A program made the position numbers and the translations under genes. A stretch of DNA of 63,945 bases, the filler included, from Lama guanicoe (lineage: Eukaryota), in the NCBI GenBank assembly GCA_013239625.1. It is 102 parts of 102 records of this genome, joined end to end, with 100 filler letters (N's around TTAATTAATTAA, not from the genome) between each part and the next. Parts side by side here need not be neighbours in the genome. Positions count along the whole stretch, not along the records: positions 1 to 515 come from PNXV01026661.1; positions 616 to 1,015 come from PNXV01026665.1; positions 1,116 to 1,736 come from PNXV01026666.1; positions 1,837 to 2,370 come from PNXV01026667.1; positions 2,471 to 2,925 come from PNXV01026668.1; positions 3,026 to 3,437 come from PNXV01026669.1; positions 3,538 to 4,086 come from PNXV01026670.1; positions 4,187 to 4,639 come from PNXV01026671.1; 94 more parts are not named here. One strand, written 5' to 3'. Positions 1-12,567 of the stretch are shown here, piece by piece. Under the pieces are notes generated by a model. That model was not told where the DNA came from. It saw nothing but the letters and a program-made list of their open reading frames with translations, and did no database searches. Position 1 is the stretch's first letter, and every line of letters begins with the position of its first letter.

Positions 1-515
1 TCAAATATGACATTCTAAACAAAAGATTTGGTCATATAACCAATGTTTCCGACTATGTCCTGGGCAATTCTGAATAGATCTAAGCAAATAATTGTACTGC
101 CATGAAGTAAGAACACACAGTGAGAGATCCCAGAGTCCATAGGAATCAGCCATGGAGATGAAGAATCAGAAGACATTGTTGCTTAGAATCACAAGGCAAA
201 GCAGCCCCAGAACTCTGATGAATAGAATCACGTCTGGGAGAGCGAGGACGCATCTCAGATACATCCCACATGGCACATGGTTTCCTTATATCAACAATAC
301 ATCCATGAAAATGTGATCTAAGGAAAAAGAAGCATCTCTTCAGATTCGACAACTCCTCCCATAAAAATTAATCAAATAAATCAAATTATTTCTGGCACCT
401 GTCTTCTATAAGCTTCAACAAATCATTGTGATTTTTTCAGGAGAAATTGCAGAGAGAATTTATGGCGCAAAAAACTCATGATAATTTCATATTTTTTATT
501 TCATTTTACATTTAG

Positions 516-615
516 NNNNNNNNNNNNNNNNNNNNNNNNNNNNNNNNNNNNNNNNNNNNTTAATTAATTAANNNNNNNNNNNNNNNNNNNNNNNNNNNNN
601 NNNNNNNNNNNNNNN
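516..615. other. Artificial contig-joining spacer N44-TTAATTAATTAA-N44 (first of 101 identical copies; last at 63639-63738)
   Basis: Every gap is exactly 100 bp with the palindromic 12-mer TTAATTAATTAA centred, giving stops in all six frames; flanking sequences are unrelated across each spacer. Confidence 0.99.
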
Positions 616-755
616 CTATATTCAATATCCTGTAGTAACCTATAATGAAAAAGAATATGAAAGGGAATATATGTTACGTATATGTATGACTGAAACATTA
701 CACCAGAAACTGACACAACATTGTAAACTGACTATACTTCAATTTAAAAAAAAAA
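616..755 (+). mobile_element. LINE-1 3' end with poly(A), cetartiodactyl type
   Basis: ctatattcaatatcctgtagtaacctataatgaaaaagaatatgaa...caccagaaactgacacaacattgtaaactgactatacttcaattt(A)n is a typical artiodactyl L1 3' terminus. Confidence 0.85.
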
Positions 756-756
756 T

Positions 757-985
757 GGGGGGAGGATATAGATCAGTGGTAAAGTATGTGCCTAGCATGC
801 ACGAGGTCCTGGGTTCCATCTTCAGTACTGCAATTAAATATATATATGTGTGTGTGTGTGTGTGTATATATATGTATAAAATAAATTAATACATAAATAA
901 ACCTGATTGCCTCCCCCCACCAAAAAAAAGACAAAAAACAAAACAAAAAACAAAAAACAAAAAAAGAAAACACACAAAAAAATAA
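757..985 (+). mobile_element. tRNA-derived SINE, camelid Vic-1-like, inserted at the L1 poly(A) tail
   Basis: ggggggaggatatagatcagtggtaaag...gcatgcacgaggtcctgggttccatc (A/B-box-like), then (TA)/(TG) microsatellite, aataaacctgattgcctccccc and an A-rich tail. Confidence 0.85.
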
Positions 986-1115
986 ATTAACTAAACTTGT
1001 TGTTAGCCCAGGAAANNNNNNNNNNNNNNNNNNNNNNNNNNNNNNNNNNNNNNNNNNNNTTAATTAATTAANNNNNNNNNNNNNNNNNNNNNNNNNNNNN
1101 NNNNNNNNNNNNNNN

Positions 1116-1736
1116 ATTTAGAACAACGAATACAGAACAGAAAATTTAGAATATAGAATACAGATCACTGAATATAAAATTTAGAATTTACAATGTAGAA
1201 CACAGAGTATAGAATATGGAATACGGAATGCCGAATTTTGTATTTGGAATAAAGAATGAAGAACACAATATAGAATATATAAAATAGAATATAAAACCCT
1301 GAATTTAGAAATGGAATGCTGAACAAAGAACTTAGAATATTGAATACAGAATTCTGAATATAGAATTTAGAATGTAGAATGTAGAACACAGAATATAGAA
1401 TATGGAATACAGAATACTGACTATACAATATAGAACATGAAATGCAGAACACAGAACTTAGAATACAGAATATAGAATACTGAAAATAGAACATAGAATA
1501 TAGAATAAAAAACGCAAAATTTACAGTATAGAAAAAAGGATACTGAATATAAACTTTAGAATATAGAATGTAGAACACAGAATACAGAATATAGAATATG
1601 GAATGCAAAATATATTATGTAGAGTATAGAATTAAGAACACACAATATAGGATGTAGATAAGAGAATATAGAACCAAGAATTAAATTATGAAATGCAGAA
1701 CACAGAATTTAGAATATAGAATACAGATTACTGAAT
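1116..1736 (+). repeat. Satellite D (AT-rich, degenerate 7-bp TAGAATA/CAGAATA units)
   Basis: Continuous tagaata/cagaata/tagaaca/tggaatg heptamer variants. Confidence 0.95.
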
Positions 1737-2239
1737 NNNNNNNNNNNNNNNNNNNNNNNNNNNNNNNNNNNNNNNNNNNNTTAATTAATTAANNNNNNNN
1801 NNNNNNNNNNNNNNNNNNNNNNNNNNNNNNNNNNNNGACCCCTCCCACAGAATAGCCCAGAACCAGACACCTCAGTCTCCAGAGAAACAAAGTTCATTTG
1901 GATTATGGGAGTAATCTAGTAATTAGGATATGATGAAATGAGGAGCATTTCTTTAGAAGTGGACTCGCAACATGGACGTAAGTCACAGTGTAATCGTATA
2001 TGTGGTCACATGTATCTGATAATAGGAACCCCAAATTGTGCCAATTAGGCTTTTCCAGGAATTATCTGGGGAGCTATAAGGTTTTCCCTTCATATGCGCC
2101 TCTGTCTGTCCAGGCCATGCTGCCCTGTCTTGCTTTTCAGGAAACCCCTATCAATCCTTGGTGCTACAGCCTCCGTTGTAACCCTCCAAAATCCTCATGT
2201 CAAAGCCCCTACCCTCCAGTGGCCTGGGAGGTGGCTGTA

Positions 2240-2370
2240 TCTGGGGACAGAGCCGTCAGAAAGGTAACTGGCTTAAAATGAGGTGGTTAGGATGAGCCCT
2301 AGTCCCCTCTCAGTGGTGTCTTTTACAAAAACAAAGATCAGAAACTTGGACACACGGAGAAATACCAGGG
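2240..2370 (+). mobile_element. MaLR (MLT1-like) LTR fragment
   Basis: aggtaactggcttaaaatgaggtggttaggatgagccctagtcc...tggtgtcttttacaaaa...cttggacacac resembles the MLT1 5' part. Confidence 0.5.
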
Positions 2371-2470
2371 NNNNNNNNNNNNNNNNNNNNNNNNNNNNNN
2401 NNNNNNNNNNNNNNTTAATTAATTAANNNNNNNNNNNNNNNNNNNNNNNNNNNNNNNNNNNNNNNNNNNN

Positions 2471-2760
2471 ATCTGCAAAGAGCTGCCCGCTGCAATTCAC
2501 AGTTTCAAAGCCACCCCCCGACAACCCATTACTACGTAACCATCTTGCTCCCCAATCAATCCTTGATTAACACGCAGCGCACGCTTACTCCCTGCCTGAG
2601 CTGATCACCAATCATAGTTCTCAACAACTTCTGTAACCTTGTAGTTTTCTTTGCCTTAATAAATTTGCCCAATTCTGTGGATCCTGGGAACGCAATTCAA
2701 GTGCTTCCTAATCTGGGTCTCCTGAGAGCTGCAACCCGAATAAACCACAGAGCAACACCA
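2471..2760 (+). mobile_element. ERV LTR-like fragment
   Basis: CCAAT motifs, tgtaacc, AATAAA twice and LTR-like composition; family not recognised. Confidence 0.4.
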
Positions 2761-3619
2761 CTTTTTTTAATTTTTATTTTTGCCTGAACCAGAGTCTCTG
2801 TTCTCAGAAGTCTTGGGTAACACGGGCTTAACTGCAAAGAGACAGAGCCTTGTGCCCATCTCAAGGAGGCCAAGGTGACCTCCAGGCTACAGAGCCTCCT
2901 GCAGACTTTGCCCGGCTCTGCTAGGNNNNNNNNNNNNNNNNNNNNNNNNNNNNNNNNNNNNNNNNNNNNTTAATTAATTAANNNNNNNNNNNNNNNNNNN
3001 NNNNNNNNNNNNNNNNNNNNNNNNNAAGCCAAATTCAGTTTTGAGAGATGTCACTGAATCTGTTAAGGCTGATCAGTCAGGAGCAGGCACAGAATTAGTC
3101 CTGCAAGTGGCTGCTTGGGGGGACCTCATATCTCCTGGAAGTTTAGAAAGTTGGGGACGCCATAGGGCTTTGTTCCCCAGGATGCCGGAGGTCACGGTGT
3201 GTGGAAATGTTTGAGGGATGATGGTAACCATGCAGGGAGGCTGACAAGCATAGGGATTCTGGGCATGGGCTTCGGAGCCCAGCAGACTCAAGATAAAGTC
3301 CTCCGAGCATGCTGCGGGGAGCACTGGGCCCAGCCATGCAGCCGGCAGCCGCTGCGCGCTCGGGGCAGCAGAGGGAGCCGGACTCTGAAGCGCATCCACA
3401 CGCCACTGCCCTCACAGCTTGTGGCCTGTGGTGAGCTNNNNNNNNNNNNNNNNNNNNNNNNNNNNNNNNNNNNNNNNNNNNTTAATTAATTAANNNNNNN
3501 NNNNNNNNNNNNNNNNNNNNNNNNNNNNNNNNNNNNNTATTTCCCTATTCAATTAACTTCCCTAATCTCTGTGCCTTATAAAGCCACAGAACTAACAGAA
3601 GCCCCTAACAGCCCCACTC

Positions 3620-3730
3620 TTTTCCACACTGTGGAACACGTAGTCCAAAGGGTTAAATAATTTGCCCAATTCATGTAGAGTCAAAACCAGCATGGTCTGC
3701 ATGCTCCAGAGACCTGACCTTAACTACTAA
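3620..3730 (+). mobile_element. MIR fragment
   Basis: agggttaaataatttgcccaa...ctccagagacctgacctttaactacta matches the MIR core and 3' part. Confidence 0.55.
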
Positions 3731-4186
3731 GTTACATGGTAACATTAACATCCAGGAGAGAAAAACAGGAAGATAACTGAAGATCCCTACAAAGAAGAAG
3801 CATTAAGAATGTACGTATTAGTAGCTAATCTGAATCAAACTAGTTATTCCTCTCTGAAAATATGTTCAACCAAGGATATATTGTTCCTAAAACAAGACGT
3901 ATCTGACCATTAGACCCAGCACTGTTAGCAAATACAACATGAATCTTTACATGAATTTTCTTATTAAACATAGTTTTATGATTTAAATGTGAAACAGAAT
4001 GGAAGGATGTGCCAAAGGAAAGAAAAGCAATTGTTAAGGGAGGAAAACTGGTTAAGAGCAACAGAATCTTAGACTGATAATAAGTCNNNNNNNNNNNNNN
4101 NNNNNNNNNNNNNNNNNNNNNNNNNNNNNNTTAATTAATTAANNNNNNNNNNNNNNNNNNNNNNNNNNNNNNNNNNNNNNNNNNNN

Positions 4187-4639
4187 TTGAGGACAATGGC
4201 CATCCTAACAATAATAAGGCTTCTGATCCATGAATGCAGAAGAGCTTTCCATTTATTTAAGGTCATTTTTATCTTCTATCACTAGTATTTTATTTTTCTA
4301 TATACAAGTTTCAGTATTCCGCATGTTTTTCTTAATAGTCCTAAGTATTTTATTCTTTTTGATGCTATTGTAAATGAAAATGTTTCCTCCATTTTATTTT
4401 TAGGTTATTCACTGCTGTTGTATAGAAATATAATTACTTTTTTATATATTGATTTGTGTCTTACAATTTTGGTCAGACTGGGTTATTAATTTTAACAGGA
4501 TTTTTTTCTTTTCTCTCTTTTTTTTTCCTTTTTGGATTCCTTGTGATTTCAATATATAATATCATGTCATCTGGTATCAAAACACTTTTGTTTGTTTCTT
4601 TCTAATCTAGAGGCTTTATTTTCTTTGTCTGTTTGCTTT
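4187..4639 (-). mobile_element. Old LINE-1 ORF2 fragment (decayed)
   Basis: Antisense L1 motifs: ttctgatccatgaa, ttattctttttgatgctattgtaaatg, ctgttgtatagaaat, atcatgtcatctg. Confidence 0.85.
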
Positions 4640-4739
4640 NNNNNNNNNNNNNNNNNNNNNNNNNNNNNNNNNNNNNNNNNNNNTTAATTAATTAANNNNN
4701 NNNNNNNNNNNNNNNNNNNNNNNNNNNNNNNNNNNNNNN

Positions 4740-5470
4740 GAGATGCAAATTAAAAACACAATGAGATACAACAACACATCCACCGGGACAGCTGGAGTTG
4801 AAAGACTGACAACACAAATTACTGACACAGTGGAGAGCATCTGAACTCTTCTTATTTTGCTGGTGGAGGTGCAACACAGTCCTACCACACTGGGAAAAGG
4901 TCTGGTAGCTTTTTATAAAATTAAACCCCTAATATACCCCATGACCCAGCAATTTCGCTCTCCAGCATTTTCCTAAGAGAAATGAAAATATAAGACTTGC
5001 ACAAGAGGGTTCACAGCAGCTTTCTTCAGACTCACTAAATCCTGGAAACAGCCCAGGTACCCATCATCAGGAGAACAGATCAGCAAACTGGGTACATTTG
5101 TATAAAGGAATACCTCTCAGCAATAAATGGAATAAACAACAGATACATGCAACAGCATGAATAAAATTCAAAACATCATTCTGATTAGACAAAGCGCAAC
5201 GTAAGAGTACGTAGCAAGATCCCATTTACGTGTCATTCTAGCGCACGCAAAACCAATGGACGGTGGAACAAAATCAGAACGCTGGCTGCTTCTGGGGGTG
5301 GTCGGGGAGACTAGGAGGTGGAATGAGGGTCATATTCTGCATCTCGATACAGACTGGGTTACACAGGGGTATGAACTTGTCAAAATTCACTAAATGGTAC
5401 ACTTATGACTTGTATATTTCTTCATATGTAAATTTTTGCATATGTACCCAGAAAAGTACAAATAATGAAC
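4740..5470 (+). mobile_element. Old LINE-1 (L1MC/L1ME-like) ORF2 end and 3'UTR
   Basis: atgcaaattaaaaacacaatgagatac, atgacccagcaattt, ctggaaacagcccagg, tgtcaaaattcactaaatggtacactta. Confidence 0.85.
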
Positions 5471-5713
5471 ACTAATTAATAACATACATACCAAATTACA
5501 TTTTGGCTATTTTACATATTCAGGGGTAAAGTGTACCACCGTCTGTAAATTAGTCTGAAATGCACACAGATCAGCACATTGTTTTCACGACCCTATCTGC
5601 AGCTGGGAAACACNNNNNNNNNNNNNNNNNNNNNNNNNNNNNNNNNNNNNNNNNNNNTTAATTAATTAANNNNNNNNNNNNNNNNNNNNNNNNNNNNNNN
5701 NNNNNNNNNNNNN

Positions 5714-6500
5714 GTAGGTGCACTCCCAGGTAGACAGTCAGGGAGAAAGGCACACAGAGACACTGTAGGCTGCACTCCCAGATAGAAAGGCACACAGAGA
5801 CACTCTAGGCTGCACTCACATATAGACAGGCACACAGAGACACTGTAGGCAGCACTCCCAGGTGTACAGACACACGGACATACTCTAGGCTGCACTCCCA
5901 GGTAGACAGGCACACAGAGGCACTCTAGGCTGCACTCCCAGGTAGACAGGCACACAGAGGCACTCTAGGCTGCACTCCCAGGTAGACAGGCACACAGAGA
6001 CACTGTAGGCAGCACTCCCAGGTGTACAGACACACGGACATACTCTAGGCTGCACTCCCAGGTAGACAGTCACACAGACACACTCTAGGCTGCACTCCGA
6101 GATAGACAGGCACACAGAGACACTGTAGGCTGCTCTCCCAGGTAGAGTGTCAAACAGAGACACTCTAGGCTGCTCTCCCAGGTAGACAGGCACACAGAGA
6201 CACTCTAGGCTGCTGTCCCAGGTAGACAGGCAGGGAGACAGGCACACGGAGACACTCTAGGCTGCTGTCCCAGGTAGACAGGCAGGGAGACAGGCACACG
6301 GAGACACTCTAGGCTGCTGTCCCAGGTAGACAGGCAGGGAGACAGGCACACGGAGACACTCTAGGCTGCTGTCCCAGGTAGACAGGCAGGGAGAGAGGCA
6401 GGGAGATAGGCACACGGAGACACTCTAGGCTGCACTCCCACGTAGACAGGTACACAGAGACACTCTCGGCTGCACTCCCAGGTAGACAGGCACACAGAGA
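5714..6500 (+). repeat. GC-rich minisatellite/VNTR, 40-bp unit with 52-bp variant units
   Basis: Unit cactctaggctgcactcccaggtagacaggcacacagaga, period 40 (e.g. 5881/5921/5961); period 52 at 6201/6253/6305/6357. Confidence 0.97.
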
Positions 6501-7249
6501 NNNNNNNNNNNNNNNNNNNNNNNNNNNNNNNNNNNNNNNNNNNNTTAATTAATTAANNNNNNNNNNNNNNNNNNNNNNNNNNNNNNNNNNNNNNNNNNNN
6601 GTCCTCGGCTTCTGGGCACTCCCTCATGGCTTCTGCAGGCACCAGCCAATGTGGCGGGCTCCAGGGACAAGCAGCCCACTGGCCCCTGGGGAGACTGAAT
6701 TGGAAAGCGAACGACATGCCAGACCCGTCACAGGACACACAGTCTGGAGATGAGGGCGGGAATGGCTTCCGGGAAAACAGGAAGCTCACCTTTCCCAGGA
6801 CGACGTCCAACGGAGCACGGCCACCCCACTTACCTGGGCCTCCGGGGCCGCCGCAGGCGGGCGGGTGCTGCCGGCCAATGCCGGGGCCGGGCCAGGTCCT
6901 ACGTGGGCTGAAAACCACAGAAGGGATTGGAGATTAGGCTTACCTGTGAAGACTTTTCTGATGCGACCCTAAACCTTGGAGCCTTCTTTCCCGGTATCCC
7001 ACTCGTCCCCACATCACAAATATAGTAATGCAGTTCTCCTGACTCTTCAGGAAGAGACCATATTTCTCTACTTTTCTGTTTTGAGAGTTATCATCAGCTT
7101 TGCAAGTTCTCGGCTTAAATTAGTTGCAGAATTCATTAGCGGTGCTTCANNNNNNNNNNNNNNNNNNNNNNNNNNNNNNNNNNNNNNNNNNNNTTAATTA
7201 ATTAANNNNNNNNNNNNNNNNNNNNNNNNNNNNNNNNNNNNNNNNNNNN

Positions 7250-7745
7250 GTCTCTCGAGCTACCCCACGCACTGAAAATGGTTCCGGATTACTGAGCGTG
7301 AGGAGGTTCCACCAACGTTCGGCAGCACGTGGGTTCTAACGGAATGCCTAAGCTCGACTCCCCTGGGTTTTTTTCCAAATGTCTCTGTTCCAGGGAATTC
7401 TAGGGTGGTTTGCAGGCAATCCCAGTTACAGAGGCGGCCTCCCCAAAGTCCGGGAAGTTATTTCTCGGACTTCCCCGGACAGGGAACACCTGTGACTGAA
7501 GAGAGCTGCGGGGAGTTGTCTCTCGAGCTACCCCACGCACTGAAAATGGTTCCGGATTACTGAGCGTGAGGAGGTTCCACCAACGTTCGGCAGCGCGTGG
7601 GTTCAATCGGAATGCCTAAGTTCGACTCCCCTGGGTTTTTTTTCAAATGTCTCTGTTCCAGGGAATTCTAGGGTGGTTTGCAGGCAATCCCAGTTACAGA
7701 GGCGGCCTCCCCAAAGTCCGGGAAGTTATTTCTCGGACTTCCCCG
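7250..7745 (-). repeat. Satellite A (~267-bp GC-rich monomer)
   Basis: gtctctcgagc recurs at 7250 and 7518 (period 268). Confidence 0.97.
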
Positions 7746-8448
7746 NNNNNNNNNNNNNNNNNNNNNNNNNNNNNNNNNNNNNNNNNNNNTTAATTAATTA
7801 ANNNNNNNNNNNNNNNNNNNNNNNNNNNNNNNNNNNNNNNNNNNNTGTCTTATTATTCTACACAGCAGAGCTGCAGGTTAAGATCACTCCTCCAGTTTAG
7901 CCAGGGTCTCTCTCCCTCATGTTTGTGTCTGCACCGGTTAATTTTCTATTCAAGCACTGGAAATTCAGCTGAAAAAATGATATGTGCAGTTTAAATAAAG
8001 AACTAAAAGTCCTAAAGAAATGTTGGTTCATCAATGTGATTACTTAGAGATGTTACTGTACAGCCTCCAAGATACAGTTTTGAGCTTGGAGTTGATTTGG
8101 GACAGGCAGAGTTCAGATTTATCTAGAAGTTTTTATCTATGTGTGTCCTTTAAATATAACCAGGTTCCTGACAGCAGGTATGGACTATACTAACTTGTCT
8201 ACTTGCTCACAGTAGTGGGCTCTAATGTTGCCCAGAAATGTCCTGCCTCAGAGGAGGAGGTTGCTCTGCTCTGCATCCTCACCACTCCTGCCCATTTCTG
8301 AGGCCTGGTGCTGGTCACCAGAGGTCAGTTGCAGCTCCTCATTTCCTTNNNNNNNNNNNNNNNNNNNNNNNNNNNNNNNNNNNNNNNNNNNNTTAATTAA
8401 TTAANNNNNNNNNNNNNNNNNNNNNNNNNNNNNNNNNNNNNNNNNNNN

Positions 8449-8856
8449 GAGAGACAACTCCACGCAGCTCTCTTCTGTCACAGGTGTTCCGTGTTCGCGT
8501 AAGTCCGAGAAATACCTTCCCTGACCTTGGGGAGGCAGGCTCTGTCCCTGGGACTTCCTGCAAACCCCCCTAGCATTCCCTGGCACAAAGATATTAGGAA
8601 AACCCTCAGGGGAGACGAGCTTAGGCATTCCGTTAGAACCCACGCGCTGCCGACCGTTGGTGGAACCTCCCCACGCTCAGGATTCCGGAACCATTGTCAG
8701 TGCGTGGGGGAGCTCGAGAGAAAACTCCACGCAGCTCTCTTCAGTCACAGGTGTTCCCTGTTCGGGGAAGTCCGAGAAATAACTTCCCTGACTTCGGGGA
8801 GGCAGCTTCTGTCCCTGGGAATTCCTGCAAACTCACCTAGCATTCCCTGGCACATA
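8449..8856 (+). repeat. Satellite A
   Basis: gagagacaactccacgcagctct...ttagaacccacgcgctgccgaccgttggtggaacc. Confidence 0.97.
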
Positions 8857-8956
8857 NNNNNNNNNNNNNNNNNNNNNNNNNNNNNNNNNNNNNNNNNNNN
8901 TTAATTAATTAANNNNNNNNNNNNNNNNNNNNNNNNNNNNNNNNNNNNNNNNNNNN

Positions 8957-9367
8957 AGTATTTAGAATATAGAGTGAAGAACACAGAATATAGAATATAG
9001 AATATTGCTTATAGATCCCAGAATTAAGAACATGGAATTCACAACACAGAATTTAGAATATAGCATACGGAATACTGAATATAGAATTTAAAATATAGAA
9101 TGTAGACCACAGAATACTGTATAAAGAATAAGGAATGCAGAATATAGGATACAGAATATAGAATGTAGACCACAGAATACTGTATAAAGAATAAGGAATG
9201 CAGAATATAGAATACAGAATACTGAATATAGAATATAAAATACGGATGGCAGAATATAGGACGTAGAATATAGAATGAACGACCCAAATATATAATATAC
9301 AATAGAGAATATAGAAAGCACAATTTAGAAATGGAATGCAGAACAGAGAATTTATACTATAGAATAC
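8957..9367 (+). repeat. Satellite D
   Basis: TAGAATA-type heptamer array. Confidence 0.95.
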
Positions 9368-9467
9368 NNNNNNNNNNNNNNNNNNNNNNNNNNNNNNNNN
9401 NNNNNNNNNNNTTAATTAATTAANNNNNNNNNNNNNNNNNNNNNNNNNNNNNNNNNNNNNNNNNNNN

Positions 9468-10160
9468 AGAGGCTGCCTCCCCAAGATCAGGGAAGTTATT
9501 TCTAGGACTTCCCCGTAATCGGAACACCTGTGATGAAGAGAGCTGCGTGGAGTTGTCTCTCGAGCTCCCCCACGCACTGACAATGGTTCCGGAATCCTGA
9601 GCTTGGGAGGTCCACCATCGGTCGGCAGCGCGTGAGTCCTAACGGAATGCCTAAGCTCGTCTCCCCTGAGGGTTTTCCTAATGTCTCTGTGCCAGGGAAC
9701 GCTAGGCGGGTTTGCAGGAAGTCCCAGTGTCAGAGGCTCCTCCCCAAGGTGAGGGAAGGTATTTCTCGGACTTCCCGAACATGGAACACCTGTGACTGAA
9801 GAGAGCTGCATGGAGTTGTCTCTCGAGCTCCCCCACGCACTGACAATGGTTCCGGAATCCTGAGCTTGGGAGGTCCACCATCGGTCGGCAGCGCGTGAGT
9901 CCTAACGGAATGCCTAAGCTCGACTCCCCTGAGGTTTTTCCTAATGTCTCTGTGCCAGGGAATGCTAGAGGGGTTTGCAGGAAGTCCCAGAGGCAGAGGC
10001 TGCCTCCCCAAGTTCAGGGAACGTTTTTCTCGGACTTCCCCGAACAGAGAACACCTGTGACTGAAGACAGCTGTGTGGAGATGACTCTCGAGCTTCCCCA
10101 CGCTCTGAAAATGGTTCCGGATTCCCGAGCGTGGGGAGGTTCCACCAACGGTCGGCAGCG
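9468..10160 (-). repeat. Satellite A
   Basis: About 2.6 monomers, reverse orientation. Confidence 0.97.
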
Positions 10161-10260
10161 NNNNNNNNNNNNNNNNNNNNNNNNNNNNNNNNNNNNNNNN
10201 NNNNTTAATTAATTAANNNNNNNNNNNNNNNNNNNNNNNNNNNNNNNNNNNNNNNNNNNN

Positions 10261-10638
10261 GAAAAGAAACTTTGTGTTCCCTTCAAGCTACGTGAAGGAC
10301 GTCTTTAACTATCCCTTATCTCTGAGAACTGAGCATGTGGAGAGACGTTCGTTGATCCAGCACTAAAAGAACTGGTAGAAAGTGAAACACTTACTCTGGG
10401 TTCTCAGTCTGTTTCCTAGTGCTGGTTTGAAATTCTTACAGTTTTCACTGTATGTATGTAGTGGGGTTGGAAACGAAATGAAAATTTGTGTTTCTTTCAA
10501 GCTAGGTGAAGGAAGGCTTTAACAAACACTTTTCTCTCAGGACTGAGCATGTGGAGAGACGTTCCTTGATCCATCACTAATTGAACGATTTGATAGGGAA
10601 ACATTTACTCTGGGTTCTCAGTCTGTTTCCTAGTGCTG
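10261..10638 (+). repeat. Satellite B (~249-bp monomer), diverged copy
   Basis: ctgagcatgtggagagacgttc occurs twice; gaaaagaaactttgtgttcccttcaagct. Confidence 0.93.
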
Positions 10639-12226
10639 NNNNNNNNNNNNNNNNNNNNNNNNNNNNNNNNNNNNNNNNNNNNTTAATTAATTAANNNNNN
10701 NNNNNNNNNNNNNNNNNNNNNNNNNNNNNNNNNNNNNNTGCAGGCAGTTTGGTTGACGGTCCTTGAGAGGACTTTGGAGGCCTTAGGTCATGGAGAGGAC
10801 TTTGGAGGCCTTAGCGTCGTCTTAAGTCTTGTTTTCCCTTGGGGTCCGGATTTGCCTTTGCAGATTGATGTTGAAGCTTTGGGCTTCTGGCAAAGCCGTT
10901 TTCAGAGATGGATATACACGTAAAATATCGTATAAAATAAAGTGATTTATTTAACTTGTGCGACTTTGCAGCTGTTGGGAAGAGCTCTGTTGGCCTGTTC
11001 TCCACGGAGTACACCAAGGGTCAGCAGAGCATTCGGGAGGGCAGATAGCCTGCAGAGCTGCTGCGGGGGTTTCTCCCCAGCTGGTTGCTCTGCTNNNNNN
11101 NNNNNNNNNNNNNNNNNNNNNNNNNNNNNNNNNNNNNNTTAATTAATTAANNNNNNNNNNNNNNNNNNNNNNNNNNNNNNNNNNNNNNNNNNNNTCTTTA
11201 ATCCAATAGAGAGCTCAATTTTCAGGAATAAGCATGGAGAAAACGAATGGGGTGATGGTTTAAAGTGGAAGTCAAAGTGGAAGCCCATCTGAGAAATGGT
11301 AAAAACATGCATCTCAATGAATCCGAGTTATGGCGAAAAGAAGGAGGAAGGTTAAGGAAATCTCTATCCAGCTGACAAGTCTAGCCAGTCATAAAAAGAC
11401 AGGACTTTAAATCAAGAAAATTTTTTGTTTTTTTGGTGATGAAAAACAATGCTATATTTTAAAACAAGTTTTGGGCCATCAACAACACGCTGAGAGTTGT
11501 TGAGAAGGAGAATATAAACCTGCATATACACATGAAAGTGTTCCAAGTCCAGCACTCGAAAAAACTTAGCGAATCATGTGTCCAGTTGATTTGAAAATCC
11601 TGATAAGTAAATAACTCAAAAGTGGGAAAGACATGGTATTAAATTGTGGTAGTGAGCAATGAAATCCAAGAAGTTTATACCTATATTTTCATTGTTAATA
11701 TAACAAACTGAAAGCAACTGTCAAAAAGTAGTAACTGGAGGACATACACACACACTCACACACAGACAATCTGGAACAGCAGAGAGGTAAAATATGCTAA
11801 ATTTATCATTATTGNNNNNNNNNNNNNNNNNNNNNNNNNNNNNNNNNNNNNNNNNNNNTTAATTAATTAANNNNNNNNNNNNNNNNNNNNNNNNNNNNNN
11901 NNNNNNNNNNNNNNAGATTTGTAGTATTTAGTGGGAAGAATTCAGTGGGCAGAGCTCAGAGCATAATTTTCAAATCATCAGCCAACTTTTGTACTTTTGC
12001 CAATAGTCTAGCTTTTTCCAGGTAGAAAACTACAGATGGACAAACAAATAATATTCTTCCTTAGAAAATTTCTAATTTTGAAAGTAAACTGTAGCTTTTG
12101 ACTTATCAGTACAGAACCTTGTTAAGNNNNNNNNNNNNNNNNNNNNNNNNNNNNNNNNNNNNNNNNNNNNTTAATTAATTAANNNNNNNNNNNNNNNNNN
12201 NNNNNNNNNNNNNNNNNNNNNNNNNN

Positions 12227-12467
12227 ATAGAATACGGAATGCAGAATATAGAATATAGAATATAGAATTTTGAACCCAAAGTATAGAATATAGAATAGAA
12301 ATTATAGTACCCAGAATTTAGAAAATGGAAAGCAGAATTCAGTATTTAGTATATAGAATACAGAATACCGAATATGGATTATAGAACATGGAATGCAGAA
12401 CCCAGAATATACAACATTGAATATGGAATACTGAATATAGAATATAGAATATAGAATTTAGAACACA
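12227..12467 (+). repeat. Satellite D
   Basis: TAGAATA-type heptamer array. Confidence 0.95.
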
Positions 12468-12567
12468 NNNNNNNNNNNNNNNNNNNNNNNNNNNNNNNNN
12501 NNNNNNNNNNNTTAATTAATTAANNNNNNNNNNNNNNNNNNNNNNNNNNNNNNNNNNNNNNNNNNNN

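Noticed and set aside
5662..6247. Cys/Val-rich repetitive ORFs
   Set aside because: Translations of the 40-bp minisatellite
6601..7149. GC-rich patch with CCAAT/GC box and a minus-strand donor-like AG|GTAAG near 6940
   Set aside because: No recognisable coding frame or homology; too weak to call an exon or promoter
10765..10814. 22-bp direct repeat gagaggactttggaggccttag (period 28)
   Set aside because: Only two copies; an ordinary local slippage duplication
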